A stretch of 64,000 nt of DNA from a virus (lineage: Duplodnaviria; Caudoviricetes): the IMG/VR virus record IMGVR_UViG_3300022217_000003, positions 64,001 through 128,000 of that record; one strand, written 5' to 3'. The position numbers were made by a program, and so were the translations under genes. Position 1 is the first letter of the stretch; each line of letters starts with the position of its first letter. The notes beneath the pieces are model-generated. The model worked only from the letters and a program-made list of their open reading frames with translations, had not been told where the DNA came from and searched no databases. Below are positions 16,873 to 26,559 of this stretch, piece after piece.

Positions 16873-19454
16873 GATATACTACTATCTATCCCTTCATATA
16901 CATCATCTACTAATTCTTCTATCTTAGTGCCACCTTCATCTATTCTTTTTATACCCGATTCTGATCCCTTAGCCCATTCTAATGTTATTGATTTTGGAGG
17001 TAGATTATTATCATTATTTTCATATTCTGTTAAAACATATGTTGCTATTTTTCTTTTTATAGCATTTTCTTTAGCTCTTTTTCTTTGATCTTCATAATCT
17101 TTTTTATATCCATCTAATTTAGATTCAAAATTAGACCTAGTTGTTCCTGAAAAATTATTCAAATTTGTTTTAAATAGTTGATTGTTATATTGCGCATTAA
17201 GCTCTTGTGCCTTAGCATAAAACTTACTAAATTCAGAATTATAAGATTTTATCTTGAGTTGTAATGCTTGAATTATATCATCTGTCTGGTCTATTATATA
17301 TGCATCGGGATTAGAAAAGTTCAATAATCCAAAATATTGTTCCCAATATCTGCCATGTGTAAGACTTATAGTTGTTATAGTATTTGTTCCAACTTTCCAA
17401 GTATGGGTTATTGAATTTATATAATATACCAATACATTACTTATGTCTTCTTTTACGCCTTGCTTAGGCTTTACTTTTTTACCATCATCTGTGGTTGCCC
17501 CAGATGCCGTTGTATATTGATCAAAAGACAAAAATAATGAATTCAACAATGTACACAGTGTATTATCTTTGAATTTATATGGATTAAAATCTTCTATGCT
17601 TAAATATTTTTTTACATCCCCTGGAATAATAGCGATTGTTTTACCTAGAGATAATTCTGGTCGAAGTGTTATGGATATTGAACCAGATTTGTATTTTGAA
17701 TTCTTCCTATTCATATAACTTTTGGCATAATCTTCTCTAGATTCTTTTTTTTCAGGTCGCCCGAATAAAGGTATTGTTTTTTGCTGTGCTCTATACCCAA
17801 ACCTTTGAGCCAATTTAACATCGGATACATAAGTGGTATTTGCAACCATTCCAACGCTTCCGAATATATCATAATCAACTTTCCCCTCTACCCAAAATAC
17901 AGTGCATATTCCTGAATCATCTTCAGTAAAAGTATATTTTTTTAATTCTTCTTCAAATATTAAATATTGATCTCCATTAATTACTTCATATTCATCTGCA
18001 GTTATATTATTTCTTTCTTTTACCCTATATCTTACACCGGGATTAATATTATAATAAGGTGGTTTATACACCAATTGCCCATTTGAATCCATAAAAAATT
18101 CACATTCTAGTGGAGCAATTATATCATTCTTAATGATATCCCATCTATTTTTATATTGATGATTCCATAATTCAAAAACATTTTTGAACATTCTCAAAAC
18201 AGGCGGAAAATCCTTTACATTGGGATCTATATATAAAGTTTCATTATTAAAATCAGTTTGTTGTTGTATTTCTTTCACTGTTTTATTTTGATCTTTGGTT
18301 TCTTTGCCATTTTCTGAAGGAGATAATTTTAAAAATCCACACCCAGAAGTTTTAGGAGTCTCTACAAAGTATTTTGTCTCAACACTTTGTTCTGCTTGTT
18401 TGGGTACTCCTGTTTTTCTATCGCTAGAAGGCACTATTCCATCTGTATTATAATTATCTATTGCACTTGTTCCAGATATATAAAATAATCTATTTCTATA
18501 TCCATCAAATGAATATAAATATTGATATCTTTCAGGGGTTAACTCCAATATACCCTCTTCCGAACCCAAAACAATATTTTTAATGATTTCTGTCGATAAC
18601 TGAGAGGCTAAGTTAGATTGAAACGGAGTAACTTTTCCATCGCCTGTTATATCATCAAATAATGCCTTGCTTAATGCGGGATTAAAATTATATATAGAAT
18701 TTAATAACCATTTAGCTATATCAGAACATTGAATAGTTATAGTAATTCCGCCGTTATTATAATTCACAGTAGATTTATCAATTAATCCCTCAAACACTTT
18801 GCTATATTTAAGATCGCCATTGGGATTATCAAATCTATTTTGCATAAATACCTTCACTTTATCCATTGGCTTAAAAAAGCATTGTGTTTTTGTGGCATCT
18901 AATATTGGATAATATTTTATTGCATTACTATTAAGATCAATGTCTGTATATGTTAAACTAGCATTATTTTCTATGGCATTATCCGATGCTACTGCTATCC
19001 TCTCTTTTAACGAAGATATTTTAATTGGTAATATACTAATTTTCTGTCCTATAGTTACAGAACTAATATTATTATTTCTTTTGCTTATTTTATCAGTGGT
19101 TGTCCCATATTTCTGGGCAATGCTCTGTAATGTATCATCTTTTTGAACGGTATAAACTATAGGTTGTTTGCCATCTGCTATATCATCCCCAAACCTTGAA
19201 TCATATTTTCTTTCTATTAAAATATTGTGGTTAACCGCAGATATACCCTGTTGTGAAATGTCCACAGGAGGTATAATAATAATATTTGCGCTACCCCTTC
19301 CATCTATAGATACTGTAGTTGTAACCGATTGAAGTCCATTAAATATTTCATAGTATTTTTCAGTATCATATAAGGTTTCATTTGAATCAGAATTACCTAT
19401 ATATTTAGAAATATAAACTATACAATCATATTGTCTTGGTATTACTGTTGACAT
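16869..19454 (-). CDS. Baseplate hub (gp27/gpD-like) with LysM domain
   Basis: LysM YTVQKDDTLQSIAQKYG...IGQKISI; KVFEGLID, EFFMDSNGQLVYKPPYYN, RFGYR, LRPELSLG, YYINSITHTW. Confidence 0.75.
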   Translation of the reverse strand: MSTVIPRQYDCIVYISKYIGNSDSNETLYDTEKYYEIFNGLQSVTTTVSIDGRGSANIIIIPPVDISQQGISAVNHNILIERKYDSRFGDDIADGKQPIVYTVQKDDTLQSIAQKYGTTTDKISKRNNNISSVTIGQKISILPIKISSLKERIAVASDNAIENNASLTYTDIDLNSNAIKYYPILDATKTQCFFKPMDKVKVFMQNRFDNPNGDLKYSKVFEGLIDKSTVNYNNGGITITIQCSDIAKWLLNSIYNFNPALSKALFDDITGDGKVTPFQSNLASQLSTEIIKNIVLGSEEGILELTPERYQYLYSFDGYRNRLFYISGTSAIDNYNTDGIVPSSDRKTGVPKQAEQSVETKYFVETPKTSGCGFLKLSPSENGKETKDQNKTVKEIQQQTDFNNETLYIDPNVKDFPPVLRMFKNVFELWNHQYKNRWDIIKNDIIAPLECEFFMDSNGQLVYKPPYYNINPGVRYRVKERNNITADEYEVINGDQYLIFEEELKKYTFTEDDSGICTVFWVEGKVDYDIFGSVGMVANTTYVSDVKLAQRFGYRAQQKTIPLFGRPEKKESREDYAKSYMNRKNSKYKSGSISITLRPELSLGKTIAIIPGDVKKYLSIEDFNPYKFKDNTLCTLLNSLFLSFDQYTTASGATTDDGKKVKPKQGVKEDISNVLVYYINSITHTWKVGTNTITTISLTHGRYWEQYFGLLNFSNPDAYIIDQTDDIIQALQLKIKSYNSEFSKFYAKAQELNAQYNNQLFKTNLNNFSGTTRSNFESKLDGYKKDYEDQRKRAKENAIKRKIATYVLTEYENNDNNLPPKSITLEWAKGSESGIKRIDEGGTKIEELVDDVYEGIDSSIS

Positions 19455-19455
19455 A

Positions 19456-20319
19456 TTATCTTAAAACAACCTTCGAAGGAGTGGTATCAACATAATCTTG
19501 AATACCAATCTTTTTAGTAAATGCATTAACTCCATCTTGTGCCAATTGAGAACTTTTATTAAGGGCTGCATCTGAAAACTTAGTAATAGACCCAGATGGG
19601 TTGGTAAATGTCTCTGCCAAAACCCCAGGAACATTTTTAGAAGTAATGTCCTGTACATTAACATCAACAGGCAATATATTGAATTTAAATCCATAGTTTA
19701 TTATAAATGGAGTGCTTGCATCTAAAGAATAATCAAAACTATCAAAATACCCCCTGTAAGCGGTTCCTTCGTATACAAGAGTGATAATAGGTTTTCCTCG
19801 ATATGGCAAGTCCCCATCAAACCTGCGGTTATAAACATTTTCTTTTATCTTTTCAAATACCTTTAAGGGGTCTTTGGATACACCGGAACCAGTATTGGTC
19901 TTACTTGATTCCCCCGTAAAAATATTTGATTTATTGCCCTTATGGACTCCATAATATCCAGAGGTTGCACTTACTGTTAATACAGTCAGGTCATGTCCCC
20001 AGAATTGAACGACCCACCCACCCTTTGTAAGTGTCTTTCTATTAAATGTTTTTTTACTAACATTTATACTTTGTGGGTCAATATACATTTCCACATCGGG
20101 CAGGCTATATACCCTTTCTGAAAGGCTACCCTCGGAAGAAACAACTTCCGTTGCTTGCAAGGATGTAAATAACATCCTTTTATTTTTTCTGCCATATAAA
20201 CCACTATTTTTTATTTTGAAAGATGGGACTAAGTCTTTTACGGTATTTTTTATAGTATCAAGTGCGCCTTTATCTAAGCTAGATTGAAAAGGCTTATAAT
20301 TTTCATAATCTATAGGCAT
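19456..20319 (-). CDS. Tail tube initiator / baseplate protein
   Basis: MYIDPQSI, TKGGWVVQFWGHDL, YRGYFDSFDYS pattern; follows the tape measure gene. Confidence 0.6.
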   Translation of the reverse strand: MPIDYENYKPFQSSLDKGALDTIKNTVKDLVPSFKIKNSGLYGRKNKRMLFTSLQATEVVSSEGSLSERVYSLPDVEMYIDPQSINVSKKTFNRKTLTKGGWVVQFWGHDLTVLTVSATSGYYGVHKGNKSNIFTGESSKTNTGSGVSKDPLKVFEKIKENVYNRRFDGDLPYRGKPIITLVYEGTAYRGYFDSFDYSLDASTPFIINYGFKFNILPVDVNVQDITSKNVPGVLAETFTNPSGSITKFSDAALNKSSQLAQDGVNAFTKKIGIQDYVDTTPSKVVLR

Positions 20320-20331
20320 AATTTTTATTCC

Positions 20332-21930
20332 TTAATCTTGTTCCTGAATTTTATTCTTTCTTTCGTAGTCAATTTGCTCTACCTTGCTTTGTATACTTTC
20401 TCCAGTTATTTCAAGTTCAAGTTTACCTTTAATTACTTCTTCTTTTTTACCTGATATAAATGTAGGCATTGCCCCCAAGCCAGGCATTGATACTGAGCCC
20501 GTCCTCCGCATTTCCCTTACGGTTGCAGTCCTTTCTGCAGCCCTTTTTTCTTCTTCTTTTTTAATTGTCTCATCAAACTGCTTTATAGTTTCATTTAATT
20601 CTACTGTATTTCCACTAATTAAAATTATCTGTTTATACCATGCACTTAAGGCATCTGATGTTTTTTTAAGGTCAGAGCGGGCTACGGAGAATTCCTTTAC
20701 AGCCTCTTTTGTTGCAATATTATATTCTTTTGTTGAGCCAGGGACATCTTTTAATGAATCCACTTGCTGTTTTATCATTTTACCGCCTAATGCCCATGTT
20801 TTTGCCGTTTCTGGATCTAAGCCATATGTTTTTGCAAACATAGCGAATTGAATAGGTTCACCACGTTCATATCCACCTTTTGGTCTTTCGCCCAAACCGG
20901 CAAGCCTTGCTATTGATTCCATCATTCCTCGCCCTTGGTCAGTTATTGGTTTACCAGTTCTTAAATCTTTCATTATACCTTGAACTTGAGCTATTTGTTC
21001 ATATACATTACCCCCAAGCCCCATTTGTTGTGCTAAAAAAGCCTGTTTTCCATAATCCATTTGTCTAACACCCGTTGTCAATGCTTCAACCTGTCTTTGT
21101 GCTTGTGCAAATGAAAGACCCCTTTTGGCAGCATCATCAAAATATACTCCTATTTCTTTTATACCTAATCCGAAATCTTGTCCTTTTTTCATCAAATCAG
21201 ATAATATTTCTATACGTTCTTTATTTGTTATATTGTATCCCTTAAGTTGCTTAGACAATTTAAATAATGTTACCTGAGAATCAGTAAGTCCCATTTTATA
21301 CTCAGTCCTAAGTGTTTTGCTAAACTTACCTACTTCCGCAGAAGTTAAAGACAGTGCCTTGCTAGTCCCAAGACTTAATGCCCATAAGTCTTGGGATGAC
21401 GCTTCTTCTGATTTAAATCCCGCTAAACGCATAGATCCTATACGCTTTCGGACTTCTTCTTCTTCTTCGCCTAATAGTTTTGCGCCCTTAACTATAGCCT
21501 GAAAAGTCGATTTCGTTTCTTTTTCCAATGATACATTAAAGTCACCTAATGCATAACTCGTAGATAAAATAACTTTATGTGTTTCATCTAATGCCTTTTG
21601 ATGATCTTTAAACATTTTCCATGTTATTTTTCCAATAGCTATTGCCATTTGTGCGGCTGGATGAGTAACAACCTTATCAAGTTGATCCCCTATTTTCTTA
21701 CCGCCTATGCCCTTAATTCCGCCCTCTATAACACCGGCAATAGATTTACCTAATTTGTCTATGTCTCCCTGAGATATAGAATCAGCAATTCCTTCAATCC
21801 CACTAGCTATTTTTTTACTAGCAGTTTGAGACATTTTTTGTACGGCTTTTTCTATACGTTGAAACTTTTTTATGAATTGTTCTTCTGTCAGACCTTCTAT
21901 ATCAGTTGGATCATACGGATCATCTGGCAT
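20332..21930 (-). CDS. Tape measure protein
   Basis: Ala/Gly/Lys-rich helical protein downstream of the tail chaperones. Confidence 0.7.
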   Translation of the reverse strand: MPDDPYDPTDIEGLTEEQFIKKFQRIEKAVQKMSQTASKKIASGIEGIADSISQGDIDKLGKSIAGVIEGGIKGIGGKKIGDQLDKVVTHPAAQMAIAIGKITWKMFKDHQKALDETHKVILSTSYALGDFNVSLEKETKSTFQAIVKGAKLLGEEEEEVRKRIGSMRLAGFKSEEASSQDLWALSLGTSKALSLTSAEVGKFSKTLRTEYKMGLTDSQVTLFKLSKQLKGYNITNKERIEILSDLMKKGQDFGLGIKEIGVYFDDAAKRGLSFAQAQRQVEALTTGVRQMDYGKQAFLAQQMGLGGNVYEQIAQVQGIMKDLRTGKPITDQGRGMMESIARLAGLGERPKGGYERGEPIQFAMFAKTYGLDPETAKTWALGGKMIKQQVDSLKDVPGSTKEYNIATKEAVKEFSVARSDLKKTSDALSAWYKQIILISGNTVELNETIKQFDETIKKEEEKRAAERTATVREMRRTGSVSMPGLGAMPTFISGKKEEVIKGKLELEITGESIQSKVEQIDYERKNKIQEQD

Positions 21931-21933
21931 AAT

Positions 21934-22101
21934 TTATTGTCTCCATTCGCTACATACTCCATTTATATTTTTCTGACCATTCCAGCGTGTACAGTATATC
22001 CAACCACTTGGGGTCTTTACATCTTGTAGATCATACCTATTGGCATACGCACATGTTCCACATTTTTTAACCCTGGCTTTTGTTATTATAACCTTATCCA
22101 T
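21934..22101 (-). CDS. 55-aa four-Cys protein (C-x2-C-x19-C-x12-C)
   Basis: Start placed at ATG 22101, overlapping the upstream stop; KCGTC...IYC...GVCSEW. Confidence 0.6.
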   Translation of the reverse strand: MDKVIITKARVKKCGTCAYANRYDLQDVKTPSGWIYCTRWNGQKNINGVCSEWRQ

Positions 22102-22800
22102 TATTAAATTTTTCACCATCTCTTGATAATTGTTGTAATTGTTTAGAGTATTCATCATCAGAAATTGAATGATGTCCGTGGGTCTCTTTTTTTAATTCAT
22201 AAGAAGTTTCAGGTCTTAATCGCATGTTCAGAATTTTCATCCATCCGTCTACTTCTTTGTATTTTTCTTTTTTATCTTCTAAGATATTATACATACACCA
22301 TAGATATTGGGGAGGGTTTATCCCTCCCTCAATATTAATTACTTGATGAATGCCTATTTCTTTTCCGATTCTCCATCTTGTTCTTGACCAGATTTCTCTG
22401 ATTTTTTTTTTAGTTCCCCAACCATAGTTTCTTGTTCTTTAACTAATTGTAAATACTCATTGTATAGTCCATCCATAACTGGCTGAGAAACTTTTTTAAG
22501 AATTCTTAAATTCTGATTAATTAATTCCTGTTTTCTAATCTTCCGACCTTCATCTTCGTCAGGAACACTGACAATAATTTTTTGTCCATCAATTGCCTTA
22601 ATGGATCTTGCCATGGTTTCATGTTGCAAGGCCCTCATTCTGGCTATTGCATCCATATCGCCAGTATTTTCTAATACATCTTTTTGTTCCCCACTGTTTA
22701 ATACCTGCATCCTAAACTTATGCCCCAAAAACACTCTTTCTGCAGATAATCTCCCAATGGCTATCAAAGACTCTAGCGGATTATCAAATCCAAATTGCAT
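22094..22800 (-). CDS. Tail assembly chaperone, long form (G-T-like fusion via -1 frameshift, ~235 aa)
   Basis: The -1 frame after the A10 run reads KIREIWSRTRWRIGKEIG...PPQYLWCMYNILED, open and in frame with ORF 22094-22294. Confidence 0.8.
22304..22335 (-). other. GC-rich hairpin just after the short chaperone stop
   Basis: ATATTGGGGAGGG-TTTAT-CCCTCCC(T)CAATAT, 13 bp with one bulge, no U-tract. Confidence 0.5.
22354..22800 (-). CDS. Tail assembly chaperone, short form (G-like)
   Basis: Follows the tube gene; GGAGG RBS; ends ELKKKS at the slippery site. Confidence 0.8.
   Translation of the reverse strand: MQFGFDNPLESLIAIGRLSAERVFLGHKFRMQVLNSGEQKDVLENTGDMDAIARMRALQHETMARSIKAIDGQKIIVSVPDEDEGRKIRKQELINQNLRILKKVSQPVMDGLYNEYLQLVKEQETMVGELKKKSEKSGQEQDGESEKK
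22402..22411 (-). promoter_or_regulatory. Slippery sequence for -1 ribosomal frameshift (CTA AAA AAA AAA)
   Basis: Run of 10 A near the end of the chaperone gene, with an open -1 frame. Confidence 0.8.
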
Positions 22801-22834
22801 ATTAAGTTCCTCCTATTTTTTTAGTTATTTTGTA

Positions 22835-23380
22835 TTAGCCGTTAAGTATATCCCTAACTTCTATATTACATGTTTCTGTAATTGTTAAATTCCCTGTTGC
22901 GTCAATCGGTCTTGTATAGTTAGTAATAAAACAGTCTATATATTTTGTTACTGATACAGAATCATCAAACGGATCTGTTTCAAATACCTGTATGTTGAAC
23001 GGTATTGGCATTTCTACTATTACAGACCATGCCGATGTTGCTTCATTGACCCCTACTTCCTGTAATTTTGATTTAATGGTTTCATAAAGGTCATTTTCCT
23101 GAACACCTTGACCTGCAAAGATACGTAATAAATTGTATTTATATATAGCAACTTTATTAGCCGTCAAGTTATAGGCAGGCTGTCCAGGAACAAGTTCTAT
23201 ACGACCAGTAGATCCGACTTCATGTATAGGATTAGCGGGTCTTGATTGTGTTTCAGTAAGAGACTGTATATACCCCATAGTAACACCATTGATAACAATA
23301 GTAATCGCAGGAGATACTACAGACTTACCGATCTGAGTTAAGGCGTGGCTATCAGCAGTTTTTTCATAAGGATTTGCCAT
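22835..23380 (-). CDS. Tail tube protein
   Basis: Directly after the sheath gene; GYIQSLTETQSR...HEVGSTG.IELVPG, YIDCFITNY. Confidence 0.8.
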   Translation of the reverse strand: MANPYEKTADSHALTQIGKSVVSPAITIVINGVTMGYIQSLTETQSRPANPIHEVGSTGRIELVPGQPAYNLTANKVAIYKYNLLRIFAGQGVQENDLYETIKSKLQEVGVNEATSAWSVIVEMPIPFNIQVFETDPFDDSVSVTKYIDCFITNYTRPIDATGNLTITETCNIEVRDILNG

Positions 23381-23397
23381 TATCTATATCTCCTTTC

Positions 23398-24726
23398 TTA
23401 TAAATTAGGATTAATTGTAAATGTTACAATAATTGTATTAATAGGATATGCTGGTTTGATGCTGAAACTTACATCTATCTGAGTAGGGGTAGTTGTATTT
23501 TGCGTAGCTGTAATATCGCCAAATGCCGTAATAGCCCCTTCTTCAAATATTTTTGTTAACGTTGCCTGAGTTGTAATTACAATATTCTTTTCAGTTCGTG
23601 GTGTCATTGGCGTAGCAATATAAATTCTGTCAAGAACTTTTCTTACATTCTGAATACAATAGTCCCTGATTAACATAACAGATATTTCTTGATTATCTGC
23701 AGACGAAGCGTCTGTAGTTATACCATGACGTACATCAATGATCCCTGACTTGATATCAAATACCGTAACACTACTACTGGCTAATGAATCCTTTTCGGTC
23801 TCAAGCCAATTAGGTGATTTGTTAAGGTCTGAAAAACCATTAACATTTTTACGTGTCATTGGTTCTTGGACAGGGAACGCAGTCATCATGCCCGCCAAAG
23901 CACATGATATAAAACCACTGTCTAATGTCCTTTCGGTATATGTCCCATCATCATTAATAACTTCTCTCTTTGGTTCATCATAGGGCAGTATCATCCTGTT
24001 ATAGTCCAATGCCTCTGCCTTGGACTTGACAGCAGAGTCAGTGGACCCTACGGCCATAGCTATAAGCCCATAGCGTTCTTTTCTCTGTGTAGAAGAAGAC
24101 ATATACTGAACGTGCGTTTTAAGATAAGTATGTACAGTTGCTGATGTTGACAGTGGAACAATTATTGTAGCATCTAAGCTAGATATCTGATATTTTAATT
24201 TATCAATAGCTGCGGTAAACCCAGCCGAATTGTCGGCTTCTACTTGGACAAGTATTAATTGCTTTGCGCCATTTTCAAAACATATCTTTGCCCCAAGTGA
24301 TAATGTATTAGCATAAGTAGGTGCTCCATATTCGGCTTCAACATCACTCATCCGTGTAAATACCTGTGCATTATAATCGGCTGCAACCTTGGCATATTGA
24401 TAACTTACATAGTAAGTTTCACCCAATGAAGGCTCATCCCCACCTGGTGACCAATCCACCTGACCACTTGTTAAAAGATAATCGGTTGTCACAGAATAAT
24501 TAGACATACCAGGAGCATCACCAACCCTGATAATAGAAGTCGCAGTATTAGCTAACGCATCTGCCGTATTGGCATATACTGAACTTCTATCTACTGCTTC
24601 ATCTGTAATAGTAAAACTAGTTGGTGCAACCCCAATGATTGCCGGTATTCTTGTACCAGCCCCTAAAATAATTGTCCCAGGGTTATTGATAAAATTACTG
24701 TAAACTCCTGGTTTTCTATAAGGCAT
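23398..24726 (-). CDS. Contractile tail sheath protein
   Basis: MPYRKPGVYS, RHGITT, EISVMLIRDY, IDVSFSIKPAYPINTIIVTF. Confidence 0.92.
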   Translation of the reverse strand: MPYRKPGVYSNFINNPGTIILGAGTRIPAIIGVAPTSFTITDEAVDRSSVYANTADALANTATSIIRVGDAPGMSNYSVTTDYLLTSGQVDWSPGGDEPSLGETYYVSYQYAKVAADYNAQVFTRMSDVEAEYGAPTYANTLSLGAKICFENGAKQLILVQVEADNSAGFTAAIDKLKYQISSLDATIIVPLSTSATVHTYLKTHVQYMSSSTQRKERYGLIAMAVGSTDSAVKSKAEALDYNRMILPYDEPKREVINDDGTYTERTLDSGFISCALAGMMTAFPVQEPMTRKNVNGFSDLNKSPNWLETEKDSLASSSVTVFDIKSGIIDVRHGITTDASSADNQEISVMLIRDYCIQNVRKVLDRIYIATPMTPRTEKNIVITTQATLTKIFEEGAITAFGDITATQNTTTPTQIDVSFSIKPAYPINTIIVTFTINPNL

Positions 24727-24742
24727 TTTCTAACCTCCTTTA

Positions 24743-25627
24743 TTATTCTTGTATAGTTTGTTCATAATTAAGTTTTGATATTTCTGTATCATATAAGTCT
24801 CTCAAAAACCACTGTGTCGCCAATGAAAGATTAATACTCGCCGCATATAATAATCTGGAACCATAGGGTTCCGTTATTTCTCCGCCACCTGAAACGCCTA
24901 ATACTACTATATTCTTTTTTAATAAATTCCAACGTTGTTTTGCCCATATAGCAGATGTGCATTTATCAACTAGCGATTCCTGCGTACCTTTATCTTCTGC
25001 TATCGCCGTTAAATTAAGGGTCAGGTCATGCCATCCGCCACGATCCTGATAATTCCCATCATCACTATAATAATCCCCTATATAATGATCTCCTATTGAT
25101 ACCATTCTGGGATTTATTGAGCTTCCTGATACTATTATCTGAGGGAAGTCCCTCGTGGTATAGGAAAATCCATTTAAATAAATGGGTCTATCCGTTGCGC
25201 CTGTTGATGGATAGAGATCCTGATCATTATCCAATTCAAATTTCAAAGCATTTAATATATCTTGTCTTAAACGCTTAACGCCTGTGAGTAGTTCCGTACC
25301 CCTATCTATATAATCAGTAGGGGGGTCTTGGACTACTACCTCAACTGTCTTTGTTCCCGTGGTCAATGATGCTTTGGATGCGACAAAGACTATATTATAA
25401 GTCCCTGTTACGGAAGATGTTGGTGTAAATATAGTTCTAAATACGCCATTTACATCACTAACACCAGAAGATGGATTAAATGTTCCACCTTCTGCACAGG
25501 TTACGGTAACGGAAGAATTGTTTATATCAATTCCCTTGGCAGTAATATCCGCTATCATTTCTAGCTTCTCACTCGTAGTAATAGTATTTTGCTTTACCGT
25601 AACATATATCTTTAATTGCGCTGCCAT
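24743..25627 (-). CDS. Tail terminator/completion protein with N-terminal Ig-like domain
   Basis: SGVSDVNGVFRTIFTP...GTYNIVFVASK (Big_1-like) plus a C-terminal FPQIIVS domain; immediately upstream of the sheath gene. Confidence 0.55.
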   Translation of the reverse strand: MAAQLKIYVTVKQNTITTSEKLEMIADITAKGIDINNSSVTVTCAEGGTFNPSSGVSDVNGVFRTIFTPTSSVTGTYNIVFVASKASLTTGTKTVEVVVQDPPTDYIDRGTELLTGVKRLRQDILNALKFELDNDQDLYPSTGATDRPIYLNGFSYTTRDFPQIIVSGSSINPRMVSIGDHYIGDYYSDDGNYQDRGGWHDLTLNLTAIAEDKGTQESLVDKCTSAIWAKQRWNLLKKNIVVLGVSGGGEITEPYGSRLLYAASINLSLATQWFLRDLYDTEISKLNYEQTIQE

Positions 25628-25629
25628 TA

Positions 25630-26529
25630 TTATTCTCTACTAAACCAATCCGAAACAGGGAATGGATACTGTTGTCTAGTATCGTCAAAGCTCCTTAATG
25701 TAATATGGTCATAAACCGGATGATTAATATCCAATTCAGTTATTTCTAAATCCTGATGGAGTATAACACCTCTCCAGGTTGACCTTGTTACACTATTGAC
25801 CTCAAACATCCTGTAGTTACTCTTTGAGACCAGATATGTAACAAAGTATGAGTCCAGCGAATCTGGACTACTGCCGAATGATGTCCATAATATACCATTA
25901 TTGGACAATGTATAATCTATATTCTCTTTATAATTCGCTTCTGAATTTGCAGTATCAGATATTTTTTCAATCCTCAGTATATCCTCATTTGATAATGAGT
26001 CAAACTGTATACCACTAACGTCTTCGTCTGTCCTTCTTACTAATTCTTCATCTACAACCCTTTTGTCTTGGACTAAAACATCCCTATCAACCGCCACTAA
26101 TATATCATGTGACAGAAGCTCTGGTTCAGGCATTGTCCATGTTTTGGGATTTGAAATTTTCGCCATACCCGATGGAGTTATCGTAAACTGTAAAACATTT
26201 GGGTTTACTGAAATTAAAGCTTCCCCCTGATATATATACCCACCTGTGAAGCCAGTTGATTTGCACCGCGGACAATTCGCTGAAGGAGCTTGCCTGTGAT
26301 CTTTATAAATCGCACAACTTGGATTATCGCAAATGGTTCCTGCTTTTGGGAATTTCCACGCTTGGAAAGTTTCACCCAAATCTTCTAACAAAAGTCTGTT
26401 TCGATAAAGAATTTGCTCATAAATATAATCAATATCATTTATTTCGCCAGGAACAAGAATGTCCTGATTCCCTCTCGCATCATCTATTAAAGGATGCTTA
26501 TATCTATCTTCATAATCTATTATTCCCAT
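25630..26529 (-). CDS. Neck / head-closure protein with Cys knuckle
   Basis: CDNPSC...CPRCKSTGFTGGY; position upstream of the tail genes. Confidence 0.6.
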   Translation of the reverse strand: MGIIDYEDRYKHPLIDDARGNQDILVPGEINDIDYIYEQILYRNRLLLEDLGETFQAWKFPKAGTICDNPSCAIYKDHRQAPSANCPRCKSTGFTGGYIYQGEALISVNPNVLQFTITPSGMAKISNPKTWTMPEPELLSHDILVAVDRDVLVQDKRVVDEELVRRTDEDVSGIQFDSLSNEDILRIEKISDTANSEANYKENIDYTLSNNGILWTSFGSSPDSLDSYFVTYLVSKSNYRMFEVNSVTRSTWRGVILHQDLEITELDINHPVYDHITLRSFDDTRQQYPFPVSDWFSRE

Positions 26530-26559
26530 ATATAATCAACTTTAAGTACTTTAACTATC

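Noticed and set aside
13016-24726. Extracellular contractile injection system / tailocin rather than phage
   Set aside because: Neck/adaptor genes, a frameshifted chaperone, phage-type RecA and a replication initiator are present, and no eCIS AAA ATPase is seen. Capsid genes are not in the window, so this is not fully excluded.
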